From: Nitrosopumilus sp. | GTDB taxonomy: Archaea; Thermoproteota; Nitrososphaeria; Nitrososphaerales; Nitrososphaeraceae | Length of the DNA: 52,184 nt | Direction of reading: 5' to 3' | NCBI GenBank assembly: GCA_013694585.1 | Contig: JACDCB010000019.1 | Coordinates: forward strand, 1 to 52,184 | Part shown: positions 27,634 through 37,119 of the stretch, one piece after another | Layout: each line of letters opens with the position of its first letter | Numbering within the stretch: position 1 is the stretch's first letter | Made by a program: the position numbers and the translations under genes | Notes under the pieces: generated by a model | What the model saw: the letters and a program-made list of their open reading frames with translations, nothing else | Told to the model about the DNA's origin: nothing | The model's database searches: none

Positions 27634-29142
27634 ATGTCCGAGAGCAACAGAAATACTGCCAATGATGATAACAATAGCATCAATAATACGGACTTCGATA
27701 GACCCAGACGGAACAAGAGAAATGCAGTGGGTCATCTGCCATATGAGCTCCTTAAATTTGTCAAGAACGAATCATATTCGTTACTTATAAAAGGTAAACC
27801 TGGAACTGGTAAAACTACATTCGCACTAACTTTATTAGATAATCTTAACGATGATAGTAACTACTTTTATATTTCTACTCGTCTATCTCTAAAACAACTA
27901 TTATTTTATTACCCTTGGGTGGAAAAATTTTTCTCCAAAGATCAGAATAAATCTGGCTATAGATTTGAAGATGCCAGGCTAGATGAACCTGAATCATTAT
28001 TTGAAAGAATCACTAATCAATTAATGGATGTAAAATCTCCAGTTATAATAATCGATACGTGGGACACTATTGCCTCATTTATGGACCGAGAGTCTAGACT
28101 AAATAATGAGAGAGTGTTGCAGATTTGGAGGGAGAGGGCAGGTGCTAAATTAATCTTTCTAAGCGAAACTTTCGATCTTGGAATATTGGATTCAATTGTT
28201 GATGGAGTTATTACTTTGGATAACATTATATTTGAATCTACTAACAACAGAAAACTGACAATAAATAAACTCAGAGGGTTACCAATAAAGTGTAGTAATT
28301 ACTCTTATTCATTATATAACGGGGTGTTTTATACATCCGACTTGATTAAGGATTTAAACTTGTTTTCAGCCTTTGAAAAAATAAAACCCTTTTATGAGAG
28401 GTCAAAATTGATTGTCAGTAAACCATCAAACAAGTCAAAGTCTAAGATGCTTGACGACTTTGACGTAAAAGAACTTTTTATAGAGAACAATTTCATTTCA
28501 ATTTTTGTGAAAAATGATATTAATAATGAATTGTTGATATCTTTATTATTAAAACCACTTTGTTTTTGGATGAATAAAACCAACAATAAAATGATGTTAA
28601 ATAATTTTGGACCAGATTTCAAGTATTTGTGTGAGAGAATCTTGAGTTATCACTTGTCTGCAGAAAAAGTTAAAGACAAATTATTAAAACAAGAGATCGA
28701 TTTTGCAGGCTCATCTGGAATCCTTAGGGACAGATACGAGAAGGAAGAATTACATGGCGGCGATAACAGAATCAATCTTGAAAAGTTAAAACATACAATA
28801 AAATTAAGCTCGGAGACAAGCACGAATTCAAAACAATATGATTCTATACCTCTTCAAGATGAAACGAATATACTAAATATTCTAAATGCTTCTGATTTAT
28901 TATCTCTCATCAATGATGAATCTTTCTTAAATCTATTAGAAGATAGCTTTGCTACGAATGTGATTATAGTCAAGCACCCTGAAACGAACTTAAACCTCCA
29001 CTTCTTAGAGAAAGGCATACACTTTAAAATGAACTTGGTCGGAAAAAATATTCTGATACAGCTAGTGAATAATGATATAATCTTGTTTGAAACTATAATC
29101 GATAGATCCCGCTTATTTGTGGAATGGCGTCCTGTTCTTTGA
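27634..29142 (+). CDS. GvpD/KaiC-like RecA-superfamily P-loop ATPase
   Basis: GKPGTGKT, YISTR, IIIDTWD, VDGVITL, R.L.I.KLRG. Confidence 0.8.
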   Translation: MSESNRNTANDDNNSINNTDFDRPRRNKRNAVGHLPYELLKFVKNESYSLLIKGKPGTGKTTFALTLLDNLNDDSNYFYISTRLSLKQLLFYYPWVEKFFSKDQNKSGYRFEDARLDEPESLFERITNQLMDVKSPVIIIDTWDTIASFMDRESRLNNERVLQIWRERAGAKLIFLSETFDLGILDSIVDGVITLDNIIFESTNNRKLTINKLRGLPIKCSNYSYSLYNGVFYTSDLIKDLNLFSAFEKIKPFYERSKLIVSKPSNKSKSKMLDDFDVKELFIENNFISIFVKNDINNELLISLLLKPLCFWMNKTNNKMMLNNFGPDFKYLCERILSYHLSAEKVKDKLLKQEIDFAGSSGILRDRYEKEELHGGDNRINLEKLKHTIKLSSETSTNSKQYDSIPLQDETNILNILNASDLLSLINDESFLNLLEDSFATNVIIVKHPETNLNLHFLEKGIHFKMNLVGKNILIQLVNNDIILFETIIDRSRLFVEWRPVL

Positions 29143-29200
29143 TCACATGTTATCTGCATTCGTCAATAAATTTAATTTAATCAAATTATAACATTATCAA

Positions 29201-30136
29201 ATGGATAATCTATTTTCAGTTTTTGATTATACCCTTGAGGAAAGTAGAGAGTTAATTGAAAAGATAACATCAATTCACAATGATCAAAAACTCCGAGGCT
29301 TCTTTTCAAACATTGGGATGAGTTCAGGTGACTATCTTAATTTTCAAATGCCAGATAATTTAGTGGTGGTTGGAGACTTGCATGGTGATTTTACTTCACT
29401 GAAAAAAATAATGAATAAGATTAACTATGAAGATTATTTAAAGACCGAGTCAAACATACTGATTTTCTTGGGAGATTATATTGATCGAGGTAAATATTCT
29501 ATGGAAGTAATGCTTCTCCTATGTGGTATTAAAACTTCATTCCCTAACAATATGTTTATGCTCAGAGGTAATCATGAAGCGTATCATCGATTTCCATTCT
29601 CAGCCTTTGATTTTCTCCGGGATCTCCAAAACAAATTTGATGATTCTGGCGAAACACTCTATACAAATACAATGGTGCCGTTTTTTGATTCACTTTTTGG
29701 TATTTGCGAAATAAATGGATTTTCTCTTTTGGTGCATGGAGGCCTACCTGTGGTAGAAGATATGGAGTTTTTTAGAAATTATAAATTTAGACTATCTGAT
29801 ATGAAATCAGACGACGGATTATTAGAAGAAATACTTTGGAATGATCCTCGGGAATTTACCGATAGAGATTGGCAGGCCTCAAATAGGGGATTAGGTAAAT
29901 ACTTTGGAATCAATATTACAAAGAATTGGCTAAATCATACTAACACCAAGTTGATAATAAGAGGCCATGAACCGTGTATGGGATATAAATTCAACCACGA
30001 CAACAAAGTAATGACACTTTTCTCATCAAAAGACCCATATCCAAAGTTTGAATCCTCTTATCTGAAAATTTCAAAAAAACAAATGGAAGCCCTAGAACTA
30101 ACTCTTGATCTTAAGGAATTTGTCCACGGTATTTAG
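29201..30136 (+). CDS. PPP-family Ser/Thr protein phosphatase
   Basis: GDLHG, GDYIDRG, LRGNHE, HGG, LWNDP, RGHE, TLFSS. Confidence 0.92.
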   Translation: MDNLFSVFDYTLEESRELIEKITSIHNDQKLRGFFSNIGMSSGDYLNFQMPDNLVVVGDLHGDFTSLKKIMNKINYEDYLKTESNILIFLGDYIDRGKYSMEVMLLLCGIKTSFPNNMFMLRGNHEAYHRFPFSAFDFLRDLQNKFDDSGETLYTNTMVPFFDSLFGICEINGFSLLVHGGLPVVEDMEFFRNYKFRLSDMKSDDGLLEEILWNDPREFTDRDWQASNRGLGKYFGINITKNWLNHTNTKLIIRGHEPCMGYKFNHDNKVMTLFSSKDPYPKFESSYLKISKKQMEALELTLDLKEFVHGI

Positions 30137-30154
30137 TATATTTGTTAACAGTGC

Positions 30155-31075
30155 TTAGAGCTCTGTCTTCAACTTAATTTCTTTACATCTTTTTCTTAAT
30201 GAAACAGTTGAAATTTCTGCAACTTGACATATTTCCACTTGCCTTAAGAATTCGTTGCAATTCTGGGAGGCGAGATAAATTATAGATCCTGCCAATGCTC
30301 TTGGATTCTTGCCTATTGAAATTCTGTTTTGCTGTACCAGTGAAAAAATTCTTAGAGCTTCCCTTTTTGTCTTTTCGCTTAGTTGTAAGCGGTTACATAT
30401 TAGAGTAACATAATCGGGCCCGTGCAAAACTGGCATCTGGAGGGAGAGTTCTTTTAATATTAATTTATAGTGAGACATTATATCTTTGGTGGTTATGTTG
30501 CAAGCAGTAGCAATATCTGTAATTGTTTTAGGAGTAGCAGTTTCTCTGCATGCAGCATATAATGCTGCCCCTACTAATCCTAGAGTTGAACGTCCCTTGG
30601 CTAATTTCTTGATTGCTGCCTTTCTGTATATGTAAGCTGCACCTTCTATAACAGCCTGACTGAGATATAATTTATCTCCAAAGTTATTCAATAGTTTCAA
30701 TGCTTTCTCCAAATTCCTAGAAACAGAGTCATTAAGTTGAGCTCTATTATTCCAAGTCCTTAATCTTTGGATATTATTTTTCTGAGAGGAATCCAATGCT
30801 TTCCCTCTTGCATCAGTGTCCCCGATTCCAATTAGTGTTGAAAGCCCTTTGTTATGGATTGCAAGTGATTCAGGCATACCTGTTCTTGTCCTGTCGTTAT
30901 ATCCCGAATTATTTCTGAAGCTTGCCATCGAGTCAGTATTTGGGTCCTGGCTTGATACACAACCGCAAGCGGAGCATACATATTCAAAAGATGCATTATC
31001 AAAAATAACAGAATCACTTTTACAAAATTCACATACTAGTGGCCTTGAATTCTCTACCTTGCCTTCTGGCTGCAT
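30155..31075 (-). CDS. tfb: Transcription factor B paralog (divergent)
   Basis: Zn ribbon CEFC/CSAC, GLSTLIG, two cyclin repeats, LYAACRE. Confidence 0.9.
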   Translation of the reverse strand: MQPEGKVENSRPLVCEFCKSDSVIFDNASFEYVCSACGCVSSQDPNTDSMASFRNNSGYNDRTRTGMPESLAIHNKGLSTLIGIGDTDARGKALDSSQKNNIQRLRTWNNRAQLNDSVSRNLEKALKLLNNFGDKLYLSQAVIEGAAYIYRKAAIKKLAKGRSTLGLVGAALYAACRETATPKTITDIATACNITTKDIMSHYKLILKELSLQMPVLHGPDYVTLICNRLQLSEKTKREALRIFSLVQQNRISIGKNPRALAGSIIYLASQNCNEFLRQVEICQVAEISTVSLRKRCKEIKLKTEL

Positions 31076-31248
31076 AAAAATATATTCAATCCTTTATTAC
31101 TTATAACAGTTATTATTTATATTTTTTCATAAAATTAAGTATAGCTATCTTATTGATAATATTACTGTGACTTTGAGTCTAGTTTAATGATATTCTGACA
31201 AAAAAAAAACGATTAAATTATTAGATAATAATAATATTAGTTACTTAA

Positions 31249-32637
31249 TTGATTGACAATCCTGCTTTAATGATAGCTATGATTCTTTGGATATTCTTTA
31301 TACCTAACGCCGTTAAACTATTCTATAGGTTTGTCAGAAACAATAAACAATTTATAGAAAAGGATCTTAGGAGAATTTCCAATGATCCAAAGATTATATT
31401 CCAAATTACTACCAAATCTGCTACGAAGACTAGCGTTGTAAAACGTGGAATCCAATCGATTATTGACTCTTGCAAATCCACAAAGTACGCAAAGTACGAG
31501 ATTTTAGTTGTAACTGAGGATCCTAAAGATACTGAAACATTGGAATTCATGCCTTGTAAAGTACTTTGCGTAGAAAAGAGCTTTTCACCTAATGCCATCA
31601 AGAAAGCTAGAGCATTGCAATTCGCAGTAGAGTCAAGGAGAAAACTAAAAAAGCAGAATTCAGACCATTGGATTTTTCATATGGATGATGAGAGTTATGT
31701 CGTACCACAAACCATTCTCTCTATTTTGAAATTTATACGGGAAAAGAAGGGAATAGCAAGTGAGGGTCCAATATTTTATCCTCTAAAATTTGAAAAAGCT
31801 AATAGGATTACTGCTCTGGCAGAATCTATGAGAGCTTTCGGTTGTTTTGAATGTGTTACTCACATGCATAATCCTCCGCCAATACATATGCACGGGAGTA
31901 ATCTGCTCGTTCGATCAGACGTTGAGGACAAAATTGGGTGGGAGTTTGGACCGATCTTGGCTGAGGATCAAAGATTTGGATATGAATTATATAAGAAATA
32001 TGGGAGGAATTCAATGGGCTGGCATGGAGGAATTCTCTTGGAGCAGCCTCCCCTTAACATCAAAGATCATTTTATGCAGAGAAGACGTTGGGTGATAGGT
32101 AATTTACAAAATATAGAGAATTTTTCAAGGATGTTTAAGTTTCGATTAATATACAAATGCACATCATTTTTTCTGGGGTTTGTATCTGGAGTAATCTCTT
32201 TAGCCTTGGCCTTTTACATTAATATTCCTAAATTAATAAGTGTGTTTTCATATGCAAGTTTTGATTGGAACAATAACATAAGTTTTGATTTGTTTGTATG
32301 GTTTGATCGAATAATGCATATCAACAGCACATATAACGAAATATTGAGACCCCTTTTTGATATCCAAGTTTTTGATAGTACACTTGCTTTGATCTTGCTC
32401 TTTTCAAGCACAGTTTGGTTATTGTCTTATCAAGTAGGACTCTTTCTTAATCTCAAGTATACTAGGATTGGACGATTGAAGCGAATATTTTTACACATTC
32501 AAACTTTGATACTAGCTCCATTTTTGGGACTGCTGGAATCGTTTCCAGCCTTCTATTCAGTCATCGAATTCTATTTCTATAAGTTAATAAGGCAAAATAA
32601 ATTGAAATCATATGATTTTTACGTTATAAAAAAATAG
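31249..32637 (+). CDS. Membrane GT2 glycosyltransferase (egghead-like)
   Basis: KARALQ, HMDDES, HGS, AED, QRRRW, C-terminal TM helices. Confidence 0.85.
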   Translation: MIDNPALMIAMILWIFFIPNAVKLFYRFVRNNKQFIEKDLRRISNDPKIIFQITTKSATKTSVVKRGIQSIIDSCKSTKYAKYEILVVTEDPKDTETLEFMPCKVLCVEKSFSPNAIKKARALQFAVESRRKLKKQNSDHWIFHMDDESYVVPQTILSILKFIREKKGIASEGPIFYPLKFEKANRITALAESMRAFGCFECVTHMHNPPPIHMHGSNLLVRSDVEDKIGWEFGPILAEDQRFGYELYKKYGRNSMGWHGGILLEQPPLNIKDHFMQRRRWVIGNLQNIENFSRMFKFRLIYKCTSFFLGFVSGVISLALAFYINIPKLISVFSYASFDWNNNISFDLFVWFDRIMHINSTYNEILRPLFDIQVFDSTLALILLFSSTVWLLSYQVGLFLNLKYTRIGRLKRIFLHIQTLILAPFLGLLESFPAFYSVIEFYFYKLIRQNKLKSYDFYVIKK

Positions 32638-32735
32638 TGTTTTCGACAAGGGAGTTGCAAACCTCAGCATTCTAAGGCTTTGAAATGTATATTTATCTCT
32701 TTATTCGTGCCCCGTAGTAAAAACTAAAATTGTGA

Positions 32736-32833
32736 TGGAGGAGGTGGGATTCGAACCCACGAACCCCTAAAGGACGGGATTTCTTAATTTAATCTTGAGT
32801 CCTGCGCGTTTGACCAGGCTACGCGACTCCTCC
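32736..32833 (-). tRNA. tRNA-Leu(CAA) with 13-nt intron at 37/38 (32781-32793)
   Basis: Acceptor GGAGGAG/CTCCTCC-A, long variable arm, T arm GTGGG-TTCGAAT-CCCAC, loop CT-CAA-G^A. Confidence 0.9.
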
Positions 32834-32930
32834 TTTGTAAAATTAATGAATAAAACTCTGTATTATAATCTTTTGATCCTTTCAGGTTACTAAATTCTCA
32901 AATGCGGATAAGATATTTGAAAATAAGAAT

Positions 32931-32946
32931 GATAAAATTTTATATT
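32931..32946 (+). promoter_or_regulatory. BRE/TATA of ssb, probably a leaderless transcript
   Basis: GATAAAA-TTTTATAT ending about 25 nt before ATG 32970. Confidence 0.5.
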
Positions 32947-32969
32947 AATTAGAATTAACATATAAAAAG

Positions 32970-33269
32970 ATGACAATGAAGATAAATGAACTAACAAATG
33001 ATATGAGACATGTTACGATTGAAGGTAAGATCGAAAAAATTAGTGAACCCAGGACAGTAAATTTGCGTGCAGGAGGCTCGGCACTTGTTGCTGATGCTAT
33101 GATCTCCGATGATACCGGGAGCATTAAGCTATCGTTATGGGATGATCAAATAAAGATGGTTAAAGAGGGAGATAAAATATCAATAGAGAATGGGTATACT
33201 CAAGCTTTTAGGGGAGAGAATAGTCTGAACATTGGACGATATGGAAAAATCGCAGTTATGGATGAATAA
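32970..33269 (+). CDS. ssb: Single OB-fold ssDNA-binding protein
   Basis: ISDDTGSIKLSLW, IENGY, LNIGRYG. Confidence 0.88.
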   Translation: MTMKINELTNDMRHVTIEGKIEKISEPRTVNLRAGGSALVADAMISDDTGSIKLSLWDDQIKMVKEGDKISIENGYTQAFRGENSLNIGRYGKIAVMDE

Positions 33270-34070
33270 AACACGTTGTCGTAACTTGTCTTTTTCTATT
33301 TTTTATTAGACCGAAAAGTTGAAGGCTATTTACTACTATTTCCTGTAACATCCTTTCAATTTTGATTATTCCTATTTTCGCTCGACCTATTTCCATCGAT
33401 TCAGAATTTAGGATAATGTATTCTAAGCAATAACCGTAGTGCCTAGATAGATGCGATTTTAGCCACATTTTGCATTTTAAAAAAAATTTTCAAGTGCCTC
33501 AGGAATCATGAAAGCTTAACCCTGGAATGCAATTCATGGAACGAATACTCGTAGCTAAGTAGATAATCCAGAGAAAAGATTCCACTATTAAGACGATAAT
33601 GTTTTCATTTGCTCGATAATAATCATCTCGTTAAATTCGCTTCTTGAAGTCGTTCGCAAAGACTATTCTTTCAACTAGAAATATGAGGTGGATACTAAGA
33701 GTTGTTGGAGTCATTATCTTTGCTTAATACAAAGCGAGCGATAAACTATCAGGAAATTCCAGCTGCATAATATGACCGTTAATCTGCATGATTAGATTAT
33801 TAAACCTCGGTTCGTATATTGAGGGTTTTGGTATCAGAATCTTATCGTTGCTACCTTCTAAACTTATTACTACATCTCGTTTTGATGACTTCTAAATGAA
33901 AATTTGATCGTTCTTTATAAATTTTCAATCTGTTTTGTGTTTTAGTATTGCTGCTATTGTTCTTCTTTTACTGCTACAAGATCACACTATAATTTTATTT
34001 TATATCATAACAAAATCATTTCGTTATACAATTATTATAAACCCCTATATTTTATAGATTGTTTTTCATA

Positions 34071-34556
34071 ATGATGTATTATCTTAAATGTTATAGTATT
34101 GTTTTTCTAATTATTCCAACACTTTTCTTGGCAGGCTTATTTAGTTCTGTTTCTTTTGGGGCAACTGATAAACCATACATCATAACTCCCTCAAAAAGCA
34201 TTTGTTGCAAGAATGATCCTGGTACCGGCTCAGAATCTTCTTCCACCTCTCTTGCAAGCCCATTAAAGAAAATAAGTACCAAACCAATTCAAGCAGATGA
34301 GGGTGCTGATTTAGAACAGACGAGTCATGAAGCTACTGCGGAAAACAGCGATGATCGAAACCTTTCTGACTTAATTCAATCTAATCTGAGTAAACTTCTT
34401 AATGTAAATTCAGATGCGATGGGTGATAACAAAGATGATAACAAAGATGATAACAAAGATGATAACAAAGATGATAACAAAGATGATAACAAAGATGATA
34501 ACAAAGATGATAAGTTGGATGAATTGAGGACTATTGTAAGCACAGTTTTGTCTTAA
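34071..34556 (+). CDS. Secreted/membrane low-complexity protein with (DDNK)n tract
   Basis: Hydrophobic N-terminus, Ser/Asp-rich body, in-frame tandem repeat. Confidence 0.65.
   Translation: MMYYLKCYSIVFLIIPTLFLAGLFSSVSFGATDKPYIITPSKSICCKNDPGTGSESSSTSLASPLKKISTKPIQADEGADLEQTSHEATAENSDDRNLSDLIQSNLSKLLNVNSDAMGDNKDDNKDDNKDDNKDDNKDDNKDDNKDDKLDELRTIVSTVLS
34425..34513 (+). repeat. Perfect 12-bp tandem repeat GATAACAAAGAT x7 plus partial
   Basis: Read directly from the sequence. Confidence 0.97.
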
Positions 34557-34572
34557 TTCATCTTGAATATTG

Positions 34573-34899
34573 TTATTTTGAATTAATTAGACATTCAAGA
34601 ATCTTGAACATGTTTCTTACTTCTTTTGAAGGGCCCTTGATGTCTATCTTAATTCCACCATTAATCGATATCTTTGCTAGATTTAATAACCCTCCTTTTT
34701 CTTTGTATTCTAATCCTTGCAATCTCTCAATTTTTTCGCAAATAACATCCTCTGATTTATTGATGAATCCACTTTCCCTATATAATAGAATCCTCTTGTT
34801 TGTGATGAACAAGTCATACTTTTTGTTGGCGTATTCAATGTCCCTTCGACAAATAAATTTCACTTGTTCTTCAGGTACTAAGAAATCTTTAAGAGGCAT
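34573..34899 (-). CDS. Small PH-like domain protein
   Basis: L.P.E.V..., LFITNKRILLY..SGF, KGGLL pattern of prokaryotic PH domains. Confidence 0.65.
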   Translation of the reverse strand: MPLKDFLVPEEQVKFICRRDIEYANKKYDLFITNKRILLYRESGFINKSEDVICEKIERLQGLEYKEKGGLLNLAKISINGGIKIDIKGPSKEVRNMFKILECLINSK

Positions 34900-34969
34900 T
34901 TTAGAATAATTTCCAATTAGCTATATATTGAATGTAGTCTATGGATTTAATCTGTTTAGTAATTATATT

Positions 34970-35614
34970 TTAGCTTCTTCTAGACAGAAACTTGCTTGGT
35001 TGATATTGTAAACTATTTCCATCTTGCCTTAGCATAATGAATCTCCATTTTTTTTCAATACCCGTTGAGATGCCAATCCTAATAGTTTGAGCGACTTTGA
35101 ATTGGTGAATTTGAGAAATACTCTCATTTTCCTCGACATAAAAATGATTATTTGTTATATGATCGGTTACATCTAGATTGTTCTGTTTGATGGTAATCTT
35201 AAATGCCTGAGTTAATTTTCCTGGTCCCGTAGTCAAATTGTATATATTTTCTGTCTTCCGAAACAACTTCATTAAACTAATTCCTTCAATAGGCTCTATT
35301 GACCGAATCAGGACCGCTCCTGCCAATTGCTCGTGATTCCTTGCGACGATATTGAGACAATGATGATTCCCATAAATGAAGTATATATAAAGTCGGCCTA
35401 CTTCTCCAAACATTGAGGCATTTCTAAGGGTCAATCTTTTAAATGCATGGCTAGCAGGGTCATCAGTGTACCCGTATGCCTCCGTTTCTGTAATTATTCC
35501 ACTGGTTTTGAAAAAGTTACCCATATAATTTGTGTACTTGACTAGAACCTTTCCAATCAAGGAACTAGCTACCCTGAGCGTTTCATTCTCAAAAAATGAT
35601 TTTTTGAGCCTCAA
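34970..35614 (-). CDS. mpg: DNA-3-methyladenine glycosylase (AAG/MPG)
   Basis: ETEAY, DPASH, YFIYG.H.CLN, AVLIR, GPGKL, RIGIS. Confidence 0.92.
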   Translation of the reverse strand: MRLKKSFFENETLRVASSLIGKVLVKYTNYMGNFFKTSGIITETEAYGYTDDPASHAFKRLTLRNASMFGEVGRLYIYFIYGNHHCLNIVARNHEQLAGAVLIRSIEPIEGISLMKLFRKTENIYNLTTGPGKLTQAFKITIKQNNLDVTDHITNNHFYVEENESISQIHQFKVAQTIRIGISTGIEKKWRFIMLRQDGNSLQYQPSKFLSRRS

Positions 35615-35657
35615 CTATGGTGTTAAAGTAATATAAGGTTTCTATATTTTTTTACCT

Positions 35658-36914
35658 ATGGAATATAGAATTAAGGATATTTCCTTGGCAGATAAAGGAA
35701 AGAAAAAAATTGAATGGGCTGAAGCGAATATGCCCGTATTACTATCTTTAAAGAATAAATATAAAGAATCAAAACCGTTGGAGGATCTTGTGGTTGGTGG
35801 CTGTTTGCATGTAACTAAAGAAACAGCCGTTTTAACTAAAACACTTGCAGCAGCTGGGGCCAAAATAGCATGGTCAGGATGTAATCCATTAAGCACTAAT
35901 GACGATATTGCTGCCTCACTTGTAAAAGACGAAGAGTTGTCAATTTTCGCAAGCAGGGGAGTATCAACTAGCGAATATTATGAAGATATATACTCAGTCC
36001 TAAAGTTCAATCCGGATATTACAATTGATGACGGGGCTGACCTGACAATTGAATTTCATAAAGCATTCGAAAAATACGGGAAGAATATCATTGGGGGGAC
36101 GGAGGAAACTACAACAGGAGTTTTAAGATTGAAAGCTCTTGAAAAAACATCAAAACTTAGTTATCCTATAGTGGCTGTTAATGATGCTGAAACCAAACAT
36201 GACTTTGATAACGTTTATGGTACAGGCCAATCTGCTTTAGATGGTATAATTCGGGCAACTAATGTATTAATTGCTGGTAAATCAGTTGTCATTGCTGGAT
36301 ACGGTCATGTTGGAAAAGGAATCGCAAGTAGGGCCAGAGGATTTGGCGCATCGGTAATTGTTACTGAAATTGATCCTATAAATGCCCTAAAAGCAAAGAT
36401 GGATGGATTCATAGTTGCTCCAATGGATGAAGCATCGTCGCTTGGCGATTTATTTATTACGTCGACAGGTTGCAAAGATGTTATAGTTGGTTCCCATATC
36501 GAAAAAATGAAGAATGGCGTGATCCTTGCTAACGCGGGACACTTTAATGTAGAAATTTCCATTGAAGAGATCAAAGGGTTGGCAAAGAGTTCAAAACATG
36601 TAAATGAAAATGTGGAACAATTTGTTTTGAAAAACGATGCAAAGATCAATGTAATTGGGGAGGGAAGATTGGTAAACCTAGTAGCTGCAGAAGGTCATCC
36701 ATCCGAAGTTATGGATATGAGTTTTGCTAACCAGTTCTTATCAGTGCTTAACCTTGTTAGTAACAAGGGTAAATTGGAGAATAAAATTTACGATATTGAT
36801 AGGGCCCAAGATCTGCTAATTGCTGGCCTAAAGTTAGAGGCAATGGGGATTAGCATCGATATATTGTCTGAGGTCCAAAATAAATATCTCAGTGAATATG
36901 GTGAGGGGACTTAA
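35658..36914 (+). CDS. ahcY: Adenosylhomocysteinase
   Basis: CLHVTKET, CNPLST, DDGAD, EETTTG, FDNVYGTG, GHPSEVMD. Confidence 0.97.
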   Translation: MEYRIKDISLADKGKKKIEWAEANMPVLLSLKNKYKESKPLEDLVVGGCLHVTKETAVLTKTLAAAGAKIAWSGCNPLSTNDDIAASLVKDEELSIFASRGVSTSEYYEDIYSVLKFNPDITIDDGADLTIEFHKAFEKYGKNIIGGTEETTTGVLRLKALEKTSKLSYPIVAVNDAETKHDFDNVYGTGQSALDGIIRATNVLIAGKSVVIAGYGHVGKGIASRARGFGASVIVTEIDPINALKAKMDGFIVAPMDEASSLGDLFITSTGCKDVIVGSHIEKMKNGVILANAGHFNVEISIEEIKGLAKSSKHVNENVEQFVLKNDAKINVIGEGRLVNLVAAEGHPSEVMDMSFANQFLSVLNLVSNKGKLENKIYDIDRAQDLLIAGLKLEAMGISIDILSEVQNKYLSEYGEGT

Positions 36915-37019
36915 TTATTTTGAGTATTACAATTCAACTATCCACTAATTTTAATGATGACTAGGTAGCCAAAAGTTAATTAATCTTCATATTTTATCTC
37001 TAGAAGAGTATTCATTGTT

Positions 37020-37094
37020 GGATGGGTGGTCTAGTCTGGTTAGGATACCTGTCTCACACACAGGTGGTCGAGAGTTCAAATCTCTCCTCATCCA
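37020..37094 (+). tRNA. tRNA-Val(CAC), no intron
   Basis: Acceptor GGATGGG/CTCATCC-A, anticodon stem CCTGT/ACAGG, loop CT-CAC-AC, T arm GAGAG-TTCAAAT-CTCTC. Confidence 0.95.
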
Positions 37095-37119
37095 TCGCGC
37101 TTCAAAAACTAATGTAAAA

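Noticed and set aside
27634-29142. Gas vesicle locus
   Set aside because: Only a GvpD-like ATPase; no gvpA or other gvp genes
31200-31209. A10 run near the GT2 promoter, and T10 runs at 14527 and 50595, as phase-variation tracts
   Set aside because: Expected in an AT-rich genome; reading frames are intact
34425-34513. Repeat as a CRISPR array
   Set aside because: 12-bp units with no spacers, in frame within an ORF, no cas genes
36954-37019. ATGATGA box C-like motif upstream of tRNA-Val
   Set aside because: No CTGA box D or terminal stem at a suitable distance
5945-37094. tRNA genes as integration sites of a mobile element
   Set aside because: No integrase, transposase or duplicated tRNA 3' end seen
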